64,000 bases of DNA, from assembly GCA_039621445.1 (NCBI GenBank), contig CP154954.1:25990954-26054953 (forward strand). Reading direction: 5' to 3'. The DNA comes from Euglena gracilis. Lineage: Eukaryota. Made by a program: the position numbers and the translations under genes. A model generated the notes under the pieces. The model had not been told where the DNA came from. It worked only from the letters and a program-made list of their open reading frames with translations, and did not search any database. Shown here piece by piece: positions 1 through 21,000 of the stretch. Position 1 is the first letter of the stretch. Each line of letters starts with the position of its first letter.

Positions 1-86
1 GAGCAGTTCATTCATTCAGTGCATTTTAGACAGACCATTCCCAGGCGGAAAACCGCGCACGTCTTGTCATGCACGGATGGTCATCG

Positions 87-710
87 TCAGGCCCACTTCG
101 CCAACAGCAGAAGGCAGAGTAGGCACCCTGAACCCAGGGCGGTGACGTTGCGGCTGTAGCTGGGCTGGGTGGGGTCCGTGCCCCACCGCAGCCAGCAGAA
201 GTTGTCCAGCCACAGCACGCACTGGTGGCCGTCCAACGCCCGCAGCACCGCGTCCCGGGCCCTTCGCGCCCGCTCCCGCACCAGCTCCTCCGTGGGGCCC
301 ACCAGACCGGCGGGCCGCAGCAGTCGACGGGTAGCGCGTGGCAGGTCCTGCAGCGTCTGCTGCGCCGGGGCGGGGGCCAGGGCGGCCGCCGGCGTGACCA
401 GCTCGCCGAAGGGCACGGCCAGCCGTCGCAGCGTCCGCCACAGCGCCAGCAGCCCGTCGGTGAAGCGGGCCATCCACATCGGCCGCTCGGACGGGGGCCG
501 GGTGTACTCCCGCCGCACCTCCCGCAGGCTGCGACGGGACCGGCGGTTGGCCCTGACGGCCAGGCCTGTCTCCACCAGGTTGAGGGCTCCCAGGTGGCCT
601 CTTCGGAGGGCGTCGTCCAGGATCGCCCAACCATCCGCCGGGGGGGCGCCGGCAAGGTACCCCCGCAGCTGGTCCAGCTGCAACACCAGCGTCTCAGACG
701 AGGCGGCCAT
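87..710 (-). CDS. Hypothetical protein, possibly the N-terminal part of a transposase-like gene that continues past the window edge
   Basis: GC-rich, coding-like ORF starting at an ATG preceded by a run of A (MAASSETLVLQ...VLWLDNFCWLRWGTDPTQPSYSRNVTALG). The 'hWhDNF...NxTA' pattern loosely recalls DUF6589/KDZ-type transposase-like proteins (unverified inference). Confidence 0.35.
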   Translation of the reverse strand: MAASSETLVLQLDQLRGYLAGAPPADGWAILDDALRRGHLGALNLVETGLAVRANRRSRRSLREVRREYTRPPSERPMWMARFTDGLLALWRTLRRLAVPFGELVTPAAALAPAPAQQTLQDLPRATRRLLRPAGLVGPTEELVRERARRARDAVLRALDGHQCVLWLDNFCWLRWGTDPTQPSYSRNVTALGSGCLLCLLLLAKWA

Positions 711-748
711 TTTTTTTTTTGCACAGTCTGAGACAACGGAGAAGAGAG

Positions 749-3407
749 TGTGCGGATTACCGCGCAGCAGAGGGTGCGTGAGTGAGTCAGGGACACAATG
801 TAGACACATCTGCTGTACATGCTGAACATTGTTTTCAGTGAATGGACAAAGATCACTCACGTATGTACAGTTTCAACCGTGTTGTCACCCGCGTGTGGGC
901 AGTGAAGCAGTGTCGTATCGTCGTGCCGACAAGGGCTCAGTCCTTTACACGGGAATCCGCACAACACTGCGCTGTGTTTGATTCAAATCTGTCATCGTAG
1001 CACACTGTGTTGTACCACACACCGCAGCCATTGTAGACCGCTTCTACGCGGGTTTCCGCACAACTGGTGGGAACATCGCAATGACCTGTTCTTCCTTCGC
1101 TATTACCTCCCTCACCGTTGAAATGTTTGCGCTTGATTCTGTGCTGTTGTGCGGGTTCCCGTGTAAAGCCATGGAAGGCTGCTGTTCAGGGTTTCTCAAA
1201 TTTGAAGCCGGCGGGGGCAACAGTACCCGGATCGGTCCGTACGGCGCAATTCAGAGCGCGATTCCAGGTAAGACGGCCCTCCAAAACCGAAGGACCTGGG
1301 ACCTTGTCGCGATTCAGGGTGTTTAGTGGTACAAGCGGATGTTGAAATTCTCGCGATTTGTACCCCCTCGCGAACGGGAGGTGCCACACTGCGACGTAAC
1401 CCCTGGGAAAACACCGTGGTCTGGGGGCCGAAGTCGTTGTTTGTGCGGTTTCCCGCACAAACCGCAGCTCCACGTCGTAGAAGGTGGCCTGTTTTGGGTG
1501 ATGTCAAGGGAGCAGCAGTTCACCCTACGGATGTGTCTCGCGAACGACACAGGAACCGTAAACCAGTCGTGTACCACCAACCACCCTCAGTCGCGAAAGA
1601 GTCCCAGGTAGTCGTGTCCGGGGGAGGTCTACAGCACGCAATCGTGCGGCCCAGTTGGGCGTGTGCACTGAGTCCCCTCAGTGGCCTAGACCAACCCCCC
1701 CGGGGGTATACCGAACTGCTGTCAGCTTCCGCTTCGTTCAGCCTCCCTCCTCCGCACCAACCACAGAAGAGAAGAAAAGAGACCCTACACACACAAAAGA
1801 GACACACGTCGTGTATACATACACGCAGCCCGAGCGGATACCCGTACACGGACTCGTCCGTAAGGAAAAAGTAGGCAAGTGACCGCACCGGCCGGGGAAC
1901 CAGTGGCGTTGCCCACTGGGGTGGGCGGTCCCAGGGAGCTCGGCCACAAGAGGCCGTTACAGCCACTTGCCCAACATCTCTCTCCAGAGATCGCACATGG
2001 ACTGTATAACATTCGCGAAACCACTGTTGGTGGTCAAGCCGGCGGTTACACCAAATGAAGGCCTCGCGATCCAGATCCAGAAGCGTAGGAGGGAGAAGGG
2101 GCGGACATCTGTGCAGTGCACTGGGCCTCACGCCTTACGCGCTGGTCCGTTCTTGTACGCGGAAACCCGCACACATCGTCGCCGTTGGCGTGTGACCACA
2201 CCACACAGACTCTGTCACCCTCGCCAGACCTCCACGCACACAACTGACCGGTGGCCTACGCATTCCGATCGCGAGGAAAACCGGTCCCCTACGCAGTGGT
2301 GTACCACCAAACGTCCAAAACGTGAAACACAAACACCCAGGTTCCATTTTCCTACCCAGTCGGTCGGGGGAGTCCGGGACGGGCGTCGTCGCCCCAGCTG
2401 CGTTGGTCCGCAAACGCCGCAACCGCACCCCCGTTGGGGAGGTCTGGGCAACCTGCCCCGGCGGTGCGGAGAGGTCAAAGGACCACCCGGGCTCCTCATT
2501 ATTCTTTTTATACACTTGGAATGTGTTACACGGATTCCCGCACAAGACATCCCGTTGGCTTTTCCATACTTCATGGGCTGCTCTACATCTGTTTGGAAAC
2601 CCTCACACCCCTCTACGGACGACCACACTGCGTCGAGTTTCGCAACCAGTCAGCACCGCAGTCGCGGAAACACCGGTGTTCCCACCGTTTACGTGCCGTT
2701 TCGTTCTTGTTCAGGCCGGGGAGTTACACAGGCAGGCTCGCCGGGGAGAGGACCGCCCCCTCTTACAGGGGGATGGGGCAGCCAACTGTTGGCCCACCAC
2801 CACACCCGGCGGACACACCACCGTCACCGGCCGCGGCTGGGCCACCGTCCCGGTGACGGTTAGGGCACACGGGATGTGTCGGGGTGTGGTGCGACAGACA
2901 GGACGCTGCCCCCGGTCCCCCTGGCCTCCCCACCATTTTTCGTTTGCACTTCAAGTAAACGCATCTGTCCTCTCGCGTAGTCTGGCCCACACACCCACCT
3001 CAACGTTCTGCGGTGTTGTGCGGATTCCCGCCCAACACCAAATGCCTTCGTTCTGTCCTTCACAGGTTACACGGGTTACCGCCTGGACGTCATAAATACA
3101 ACTACGCTCTCTTTACGCGGTAATCCGCCTAAACCACACATCACAGTTTTCTTTCACATCACACCAAACACACAACACCCCCCTGTATCACACATCGTTG
3201 TGTTTGTTGTGTGCGGTAATCCGCACACACTCGTGTTGTTCACCTCACCTCACACACTGTGTGACAACAGACGTACCACCAATATACACCCACATTGTAC
3301 ACGTGTTACAATACCGTGCTTTTCTGGTACCTGTAACAGGGGTCTCATCACCACTGTTTTTGCGTACCTCTGCATCGTGTACTGTACGATGCGCGGAATA
3401 CCGCACA
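749..3407. repeat. Twelve dispersed copies of an imperfect 18-bp palindrome TRYRCGG-N4-CCGYNYR
   Basis: Copies read at 749, 946, 1045, 1148, 1442, 2156, 2527, 3017, 3068, 3114, 3210 and 3390. Examples: tgtgcgg-tttc-ccgcaca at 1442 and tgtgcgg-taat-ccgcaca at 3210. Confidence 0.8.
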
Positions 3408-4034
3408 AAACCACTTTCATAAAATCTTGGCCCAAAGCTGCCACGTAACCCTTGTAACTCAAAATTTTGTTCCTTTTTCGCTGTTTTTAAAACAGCCAAA
3501 AAACACCAAAAAACGCAAAAATGGCGTGGGCAATTCGCGCCGCCTAAGTCAAATCTCAACTTGAGACCCCCCATTCGTGAAATTCATGCATTTTGGCATA
3601 TTTTGTCCTCATATTCCGTTATTGTTCTTCCTGCAAGTGCCGGGGAAGACTGGTGCATCGAGCGAGAACACATGAGATTTTGAGATGCATGTTTGTGGAA
3701 CACTTGGCATTGCCCCCCCACTCATCACTCGCCGGATACCGCCAACCCGATCTTATAAAAAATGCACAACACAGTTACCACCAACCAATTACCGAACTTT
3801 GAGCATCACTCTGTGGGATTCAACACACACATCGCGCTGCATTCAATGAGGATGGTATGTTTAAATAAAGATTCTGACAGAGTTTCAGATACATACACAC
3901 ACATTACAAACCATTTTCAATTATCACACAAATTTGTGTGTGCCTGGGTTGATTCGTACACGCACGCGCGCACCCAGCTGCCCCCGCCAATGCCCCCACC
4001 TCCTTCCCACTCCCCCCACCCAATCCCTCCGCAG

Positions 4035-12712
<8,678 letters not shown>

Positions 12713-15700
12713 CCCCCCCCCCCACCATAACGTTTGTGCAGACTCCCAGGTCCACTTCACAGCTGTGATTTCCTTCGTCTATAATGAGGAAATTTCATTG
12801 TTGGATGTTTTAACGGCGCATTTTTCGGAGCTTGGAATATGTGGATTGGGCGTTGGGCGTGTGGTGTTATATGTTTTTGTATGTGTGCTGTGGACGTGAG
12901 TGTGCAAGAATCCCCACAAATTCATGCCGCAAACAATCCCAAAGAGTCAGCACGAAATTGTAACTCTTAGAGATTATTGGAGAAATTAGATTCTCGTCCC
13001 ATTGACTGGTCATTGGTGAGTGTGTTCCCCTGGACCAATATGGCGCGCGCGCGTGCGTGTGCGTGCGTACGTGCGTGCGTGCGTGCGTCCTGTGTGTGGG
13101 GGGGTGTGCGTGTGTGTGGGGGGTGCGCGTGTGCGTGCATGCGTGTGTGCGGGTATGTTCGCATGTGTTTGCATTTGCAAAATTTGGGGGGGGGGGCACC
13201 AAGCCGAGGGGTTTGGTTTTGCACCAAACCCCTCGGCTCAGTTAAATGAAATTGTGCGGTTGCTGCCCAACGTCGCCAGGTGCAATGGGAAATCATGAAC
13301 CTGATTGCCTTCTCATTGTCGCCGAGAGCTGCCGTTTGTTCTGGACTCAAATTTTTCCGCAACTCCCCCCACATTGTGGGTCGGATGAGCAAAATGAGTG
13401 ATCCGCAAATTATCTGCAGCGTGGATCTTTGGCCAATCTTGTCTTTCACACGCAGAGGCTTGAGAGAACAAAAGCAACCCTTGTAGCTCTTTTTCTGGAG
13501 AATGATGAACAAAACCCCCCGGATGTTTTTGCCCCTATAATTAATTAGTGGACCGATCTTTTTTGGCCCAAATCCTTTCATTGTTAATTGGGCAGAACAA
13601 ATCCATTGAGGAACCGAATAACCACATATCCTAAAGGTACTTTGCGTAAGGCACCTTGTGGCAATTTTTTTGTTTTTCATTTTTCACGCTGTTCCCCATT
13701 AAAAAAAAAGGGGGGTGGGTGGCAAAGACCCCTCGGGCTCCGCATTGTTCCCTTATGAGGCCATACCTTGCTCGCCGGCGGTGTTGCTTGGATCGTTTTA
13801 GTGTGCTGGGTTAGGGGTTCCCGCTTGGTGCCTTTTTCGGACTCCCTCGAGGTGAACCGACGGGGGAGGAGGGGACACCGAGGGCGAAGCACACAGACCT
13901 TGCGCGGCCATGCCTTGCTAGCTGGCGGTGTTGCTCGGATTGTTTTTGGTGCGCTTGATTAGGAGACCTCGCTTGGTGCATTTTTTTCGCCGGAGTTGTC
14001 TGATTCTTACTTTGCCCTTCGACCCCAAGAAGAGAGGAACGCCAAGTGCCTTGTCCATTAGAAGAGCAGAAGTCAATCAATCATTTCGAATTATACGGAA
14101 AAATACGCCCTGCAGACCGCCAGAGCAGAAACTGCTGAAGCATCCGAAAATATTCAATGACAGATGCTATTTTCAAGACGAGAAGCGCCGGAGAGCTTCA
14201 AGAGGGAGCAGCAGCACCAGCAGCAGCAGCTTGACAACAACAAGGGTCGACTGTAGCGCACCGCGGCCGCCCCTTCACCAAATGAAAATTGCCCCACAAG
14301 AAACTTCCACAACCCAAACCCCCCAAAAGTGATGGCCACGGACCCTGGCAGACAGTGGTCAGGAGGCCCCGTAAGAGGCAGAACGGCCAGCAGCCCACTA
14401 CGCCCATTGGGACCAGGGCCATGGGGGCCAACAATCCAAAGCACACATTCTGTGTGCTATGGCCGCCAAAACCGCACAGGCCATGAAGGAAACAAAGGCC
14501 ATGACGGGACAACCGGCCATGAAGGCATCTACATCACCAAAAGTCGCCGGAACAAAGGCCAAGGTGGCCACCAGCACCAAGACTCCACAGGACATGGCAG
14601 GGGCAGAAAAGTTCAGAGACACCATCCCCATCCTTTCTCAATCACACACACCCCCAAGGGGTGAAGGGTGAGGCCGCAAGAATCCCTCAAGATTTCAAAT
14701 GGGTATGACGACCCAGAACCCAATCAGGCCATTGGGGCCTTCAAGTGTGAGTGGCCTCGCTGCCCAGCAGTTTTTGGCAAGGGAGACTGTGGCATTACAA
14801 CAGTTGGCATTGCAGATTGGTGAATTAATGATTTCCAGCAGAGAGGTTCCTAATTCATTTTTCGGGTAGGGCAAACCTCATGACCTGTTTGCGTGGCTCT
14901 GTCGACTGGAATTGACAAGCCTTCTGGTGTATTTGCTTATACTGTGTTGCAACGGGAAGAAGAATTAGGAAAGTCCCCCCGGGATTGGGTGTCCCAAGTG
15001 CTTGGCGTATTTAAGGGGAAATTTGTGCAAGAACTTCTGGGTATGCAAGTTCTGTATTCTGACGCTTGAGGAATGCCAGTGTTGCGGAAGGTGTCATCTG
15101 CATGCCATCAATTGCCATTGTGGCATGCTGGCTGGATCCTTCACAGACAAGTCAGTCCTGCCTGAACAAACAAGTTCTCCGTTCAAGAGGCTCAGAAAGT
15201 GCATGATCAGGGCAGTCGTGCTGAAGATGTCAATGACAGATTTCGACCTGGGAATATTTGGGACAGAAGTGCTGGAGACAATTCTGGAGACAGAAACAGC
15301 AAAATCAGACATGCAACCGAGATGTGCGGCAAGGGGGTGCAGACAGAAGGAAAAGCCAGAAGAAGGGGAAGAAGGGAGAGAAGGAAGAAAATGAAGGAGA
15401 AGTAATGGCGAGCTAGACAGATCGCATTCAAGGTAGTTCGTTGATGTTTGTGGCATGCCGCGTGCTGTGTCTGTGGCAGTTGTTGGGGTAGTAAACCCAG
15501 GAATTTTTCTACGTTGTGGCATGGTCGCTGGAGGCATGTGGCAATGCCGCGGTGGGTGTTTTTTTACTGGGTGGAAATCTCATTCAAAGGCTCGGTAGTG
15601 GGGTGTGGCGAGACGCGGTTTATCAAATTATCTTGCACTTAACTGCCCAAGTTTTCCCATTTCGCCACCTGCTTGGGACCCCACCCACCCCTGGGCCATT

Positions 15701-15874
15701 TTGCGTGGAAGGGTAGGTTTGTTCCCGTGATGGTCCAAGGGGCATATTTGGGATGTCTTCGCCTGAAAAAGAAGTCGGCACCAGCAGAAGAGGTTCCAAG
15801 GGGGTGTAGATTCCCTTCCTCTGCAGCCTGCCTGCTGGTTTGCTGTAGGAGCGTCCATTTAAGGGAGCTTTGAG

Positions 15875-16311
15875 TGTACGTCCTGCCCTCGCGTTTGCAC
15901 TTATCCCTTTCTCCCGAAAGTCTTGAGCGGCGAGTAACAATAAAATTTGCTTCCATTTTCCCCTTTTGCTGCAAATCACAAAGGCAGGGGGGAAAGGTGG
16001 GACCGCAGTCCCTTCTTTGAAAGTATCTTCTGCTCGTTCGAACTTTGTCAAAGAAATAATAAAGTTCTCTATTCAAAGGGACTTCGCCCACAATTTCTAA
16101 AAGAAAATTGCAAAGCACCAAACCCTATAAGCTTGAATTTGGAACCAGGTACTTTCGCTAAGCTTTCGCTATGGCCTCGAGATTCTCCCTTAGTCTTAAG
16201 GTTAACCATACTGTGTACAGGTACTGTACACGGCCCAGCCGTAGCCAGTTTGTAGGACGTAGCCTATTGTATCTGGTACACAGTGCCAAGGCAGAATGTC
16301 TGCCTGGTACA
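15875..16311 (-). mobile_element. 3' LTR of a truncated LTR retrotransposon related to element A
   Basis: On the minus strand it reads TGTAC...GACGTACA, the same termini as element A's 3' LTR. It is preceded by GCCCTGGGAGGGGGATG, identical to the PPT context of element A at 39458-39474. Confidence 0.6.
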
Positions 16312-16449
16312 CATCCCCCTCCCAGGGCTCTTCCCAATTTCCCTTTTGGAGCCAGGCACATTCCCAGGTTCAGAGATACAGTACCAGGATACCATGCTCT
16401 GCTTCCCAATTACGGTTAACGAGTTTGGGGGTGAAAGCGCAAAAGAATT

Positions 16450-19400
16450 CTGGCGCGAGTGCTGTGCTTTGTGCATATTCTTACTGACACCGTAGTGTCT
16501 TTGTAGACTTGACTCTTGGAGATCAACGTGTTATCGACCACCCTTAAGGGGATTCTGCCGCAGAGTCTTCAAAAGGAGTTAAAGGCGATGATTAAATGCG
16601 TATTCACGCTCGAGAACTCGCTCATTATGTGGGACGCCGCTCATTTCAGCCGTGGCTGAGTGTACACGGCAGGGAACCCTCAGCGTTTGCGGGTTTCCTT
16701 GAAGAACCTACCCATGTCTTGGTCTTGTATCAAGGTCACCTCCATTGAACAGAGGTCTGGGGTATATATCACGAGTGCTGTGCTTTGTGCGTATTCTTAC
16801 TGACACCGTAGTGTCCTTGTAGTCTTGAATCTTCGAGATCAACTGTGTTATCGACCACACTTAAGGTGATTCTGCCGCACATTCTTCAAAAGGAGTTGAA
16901 GGCGATGATTAAATGCGTATTGCTCATTATGTGGGACGCCGCTCATTTCAGCCGTGCCTGAGTGTACACGGCAGGGAACCCTCAGCGTTTGCGGGTTTCC
17001 TTGAAGTACCTACCCATGTCTGGGTCTTTTACCAAGGTCATCTCCATTGGACGCAGGTCTGGGGTATTCTTATCAGGATCGTCCACGACGATCCCTGGGA
17101 TAACCCAGCTTTTGACTTCTTGGATTTCCTTTGGTAGTTCAGTTTTGAGTGTTTCAGCTTGCTTACGAAGGAAAATATGCTTATGAAGGAAAACATTTTC
17201 CACAAAACTCTCGGAAAAGTTGCAGGCCATATGTAGTAGTTCCACCTTGGATGGTTTGCTGGCACCTTTGGTGGCATCCCAGGCAGAACGTTGAAATCAA
17301 CGTTGTGCGAGCGGGACGCATAGGCACAGCAGGTGACGTGTGGTTTCAGAATGGAGCCAACCCTTTCCAAAAAAATGTTCATAATCACATCGTTCTGGTG
17401 GGTAGTCAGGGAGTAACCAAGGTTGTGTTGTTGAGAGACCGTGTTCTCTTTTATGAATAAAGGATAAATGACTGGTTTCCAGTAGTGGTCATTGAAGAGT
17501 AGGGGCAATCGCCCTTTTGTACATTCCACAGCAAGTCTGATTCCGCCGGAATCAGTTTGGAAGTCAAAGGCGATTCCGCCGCGCTCAAAGACTCAGCTTT
17601 CCTGAAGCTTTTGTGTAGTTACACCTCTCGTTTTGTATTGAAGTAATTCAGGAAACCTTCTGGAAAGTCCTCGCTTCAGGGTGCGTCCTTGAGGTTTCTG
17701 CCACCTGCGGGCAACCATATGTCTGCCCTTAGGCAATTGACACAGAAAACCTCTTCCGACCACCGAAAGTTGTTCAACTGTCTCCAGGCAAGGAGACAGT
17801 CACCGCAGATGAATGCGGCTGTGCTTGGAACAAAAACGTTGTGGTGAAATATTTTACGTGTGGTGTTCGCTTAACGGACGTGCACAGCCAGCACGCTGTT
17901 ACGGATGTTGTGACAACCTGTACAGAGTCAGAAAATTTGGCCATCCGTCCTATTGCCAAAAGGAATGTTTCCCCAAAGAATTGGGCAAACACCCTTGCCA
18001 AAATGGCATTGTAGAAACGCCAAATATGGCGAACATAGTAGTTCCATCTCTGGTCGTTGAAGAACAGCAGCTCAATCCACTTGTTCAACAAAATTACGGC
18101 TTCGCGGGATGATTGTATCATAGCAACGCGTTCTTCGACGCTTGGCAGGACGCACATGATATCGTCCTGCCACAAGAGGGCATCCTCGTCAACCGTCACG
18201 TTATCCTCTTGCGAGGTTTTGAGAGGTTGTATCTTGTCGTGATCTACCACGGAGGGTAGTAGTGACACGGCTTTTCCGGTCATTTCAGCGTAAGTTGGTG
18301 CTGGTGTGGTACCGGCTGGGGTCCTCGCCCGCTTTCCTGGCTTGCTACCACTCCCAGTAGGAGGAGGAGGTTTTGGTTCATTGTGTCGTTCGGTAGGTTT
18401 GCACGGTTCTGCAGGTTGTGGTATAGCCTTAGGTTTACTTTTAGTTGTTGCGGAAGGGGGCGTCCCGCAGAAATCTTTTTTGGAGCAGGTTTGGCTATTG
18501 GTGTAGTGGGGAATGGTACGTCAGCAGCCGTCGGTACCACCAGTTCAGGTGTGTAGCCACTACGGGTATTGTGTCATGTGGTGGGGCTGTCTGACCGTAG
18601 TCGATTTGGTTGTTGTCACCAATTTGTGGGTTTCGACAGTAGTTTGTACAGCAGTAGGCGAGCTGGCCGCAGTCGAAGCCGGAGCTTCTTGTGTGGGTTG
18701 TCCACCAAGTCTCGTGTCACGGGGATTTCGCGTTGATGAAGAAGACCTCGACTTCACCATTGCGATCATCGAGGCTACGCCACTTCGGACGCTTCCCAGG
18801 ACGCGTTCTGCGGCGCGTCCCAACTTAGGATGGTGTAAGTATGAATTCGTCCGGGTCCGCAGGGAGGCCGTATATGGCTTCATGTTGTCGTCAGGCAGTC
18901 AGTTGGTGTAATACGATTACACCCCGTCGGTTGCTTCCGTGTCTCGTCCATTTTCTGCACGTGTGGAGGGTGGTGGGGCAGTATCCGTCAAAGGCACTGC
19001 AGCCATTGTAGGGTCTGCAGGCACTTCGGTCATCGTGAGTTCTGTAGGCGCGTCGGGTTCCGCATCTGGTAACGGTCTTTGTGGTCGTGCTGTAGCAGGC
19101 CACTTCGTCCCTTAAGGCATGTTGAGCGCTGTCCCTCTCCGCGTTCAGACTTAGCAGACACGGAGTAGACTGTGCGTGTGGTCTGTTCGTTGTCCGTCAT
19201 CTCTTCCATTTCGGAAGGCGAAACAGAATAAGAGTCCGACGAATGTACGGGGGTATGTTCAACAGGCATTGTACGTGTAGGTGGCGGCGGTGCAAACGTT
19301 CTTCCGACGTTTGCTTGCAGACATCGCTGCTCTTTTGTTGTTGTTGTTGTTGCGGATGACGCATCCGTTGTAGGTTCTCGTTCAGCTGCAGATTACGCTG

Positions 19401-21000
19401 CTTCAGACTCCGCACGCTTACGTTGAAGAAGTTTGGTACGGTATTGTAGACGGAGATTTTGCCACCCGACAAATTTTTTTCCTCCTGAACCGCGAGGAAA
19501 CCAGTCCAATATCGGGATGGCTCACCCATCCTTATTTGTACGTTTTCCCTTGAAAAATGGGGCAAAGTCTTCCCTTCTGAGGGTTTCGCCGAACAGGCTC
19601 TTCAGGTCTTCGTCGCATTCAGGTCGAAGAGGGAGGTATTCTGGTTGCAGTGGTTCCCTTGGATTGAACAAATTATAAATTTCCAATCTCTCCATATTCA
19701 TGCCCTCCATTGGAAGGTCTGCATATTCAGAAGCATTTGTCGGTGGTTTCGTCCGGTGTATCCGATTTCTCCAACTTCGAGGGGATTGTGGCAGATGCGT
19801 CTCAGTAGTTGTCGTTGTTGTTGGACCTCCGTCCATTCGCGTTGGTGGGGTTGCGCCCTTTGTGTGTTTGGGCGGTTGGCTGTCCGACCGTGCACTCCAA
19901 TCCCTCAGAAGTCCACGGGGAACTTGTGCTGGCAGTGGATGTAACAAATCACGAATTTTTGTTGGTAAGTCAGGTCGATTCCGACCACTTGAGAATGAGA
20001 ACTGTGGTGTTCGTTGAAGAAACTTTGGTAGTTGTATCATTTCGTGTGTCACCAACAACAATACATCATTTGGAAGTTTGAATACTTCCCATTGTATGCC
20101 TTGTGGTCCGCTTTCTCCGATGTTGTGGAACATTGTCTACAGCGTGTAAAGGGGTAATAAATGCCTCTTTTCGAGAAACGGCAGCAACAACATCATCCAC
20201 AATTCATGGATTTAGGCATGCCATCCTTCCCTTAATGTCGTCACTGAGACCAAAAGACGCCACGACGATAGCGTTAAAAAAAATTCTCCTATTATCCAAC
20301 CCCCTTTAGCGTTTGCTCAAAAGAATGGCGCTCACACTCGCAACAAAGAGTTCGTTGGAGGGGAAACTATCCGGGGACGAAAATGGATTGACTCCCTTTT
20401 CTGTGTTGTCATCATTCCGGATCAAGCACACTGATTTTAGTGTCTGAAAAGCAGCGAAATTCCCGAAAACTTGCATCAAAGATTGATGATATTCTGACGT
20501 GAATCCAGCACTTTACAACCAAAGCCAAAAGGTTTGTTTTTCATGCACGGGATCACCCCCCCTCTATTCCAAGCCATCGTCGTCTTCAACAACTGCGTTT
20601 GGCAAGGTGGTCCCTCCCTCTGCAAGCCCAAGGCTACCTACCTCTGCCAGCAATGTCATATACCGGCTTGCCGGCGGGGCCCCTCAAGCCACGGTAAGCC
20701 ATATATTCGGCACTTGCGACAGCGACCATTGCTCTGACCACCCCAAAGCGTAGGATCAAGGATCATGGGACCCAACAAAAGGAGGACAGCAGGGACAGCA
20801 ATTTTGTTTCTTCTCGCCGTCGTTACTTGCCTATTTCCTTGCTGGTTTTCCTCAGTCGCCTTTTTCCTGCTTGTCCTGCTTTTCTCGCTTGTCTTGGCTT
20901 TCATTGTCCTGCGGAGAATCCAGATTACGGCGCAGCATTCCTCTGCTTTAGGAAGATCATGATTCCCAAGAGGCTTTTTCATTCATCTTCCCCATGACAT
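16450..21000 (-). pseudogene. Decayed accessory ORF homologous to ORF3 of element A
   Basis: Collinear blocks shared with 36132-39050: GPQGIQWE~GPLGVQWE; HCQHKFPVDF*G~FCGKEFTVDFWG; FVGWQNLR~FTGWRTLR; LNKWIELLF..RVFAQFFGE~LNRWIQPLF..RVLAQYFGE. Many frameshifts; boundaries approximate. Confidence 0.65.
16456..17067. repeat. Tandem duplication, period ~316 bp
   Basis: CGAGTGCTGTGCTTTGTGC...GGTCTGGGGTAT occurs at 16456 and 16772 as diverged copies. Confidence 0.85.

Noticed and set aside
14690-15400. Cys-rich ORF (CKFC..CQCCGRC..CHC) as a zinc-finger gene
   Set aside because: It is short and broken, with no splice support or recognisable family. It may be TE debris but cannot be assigned.
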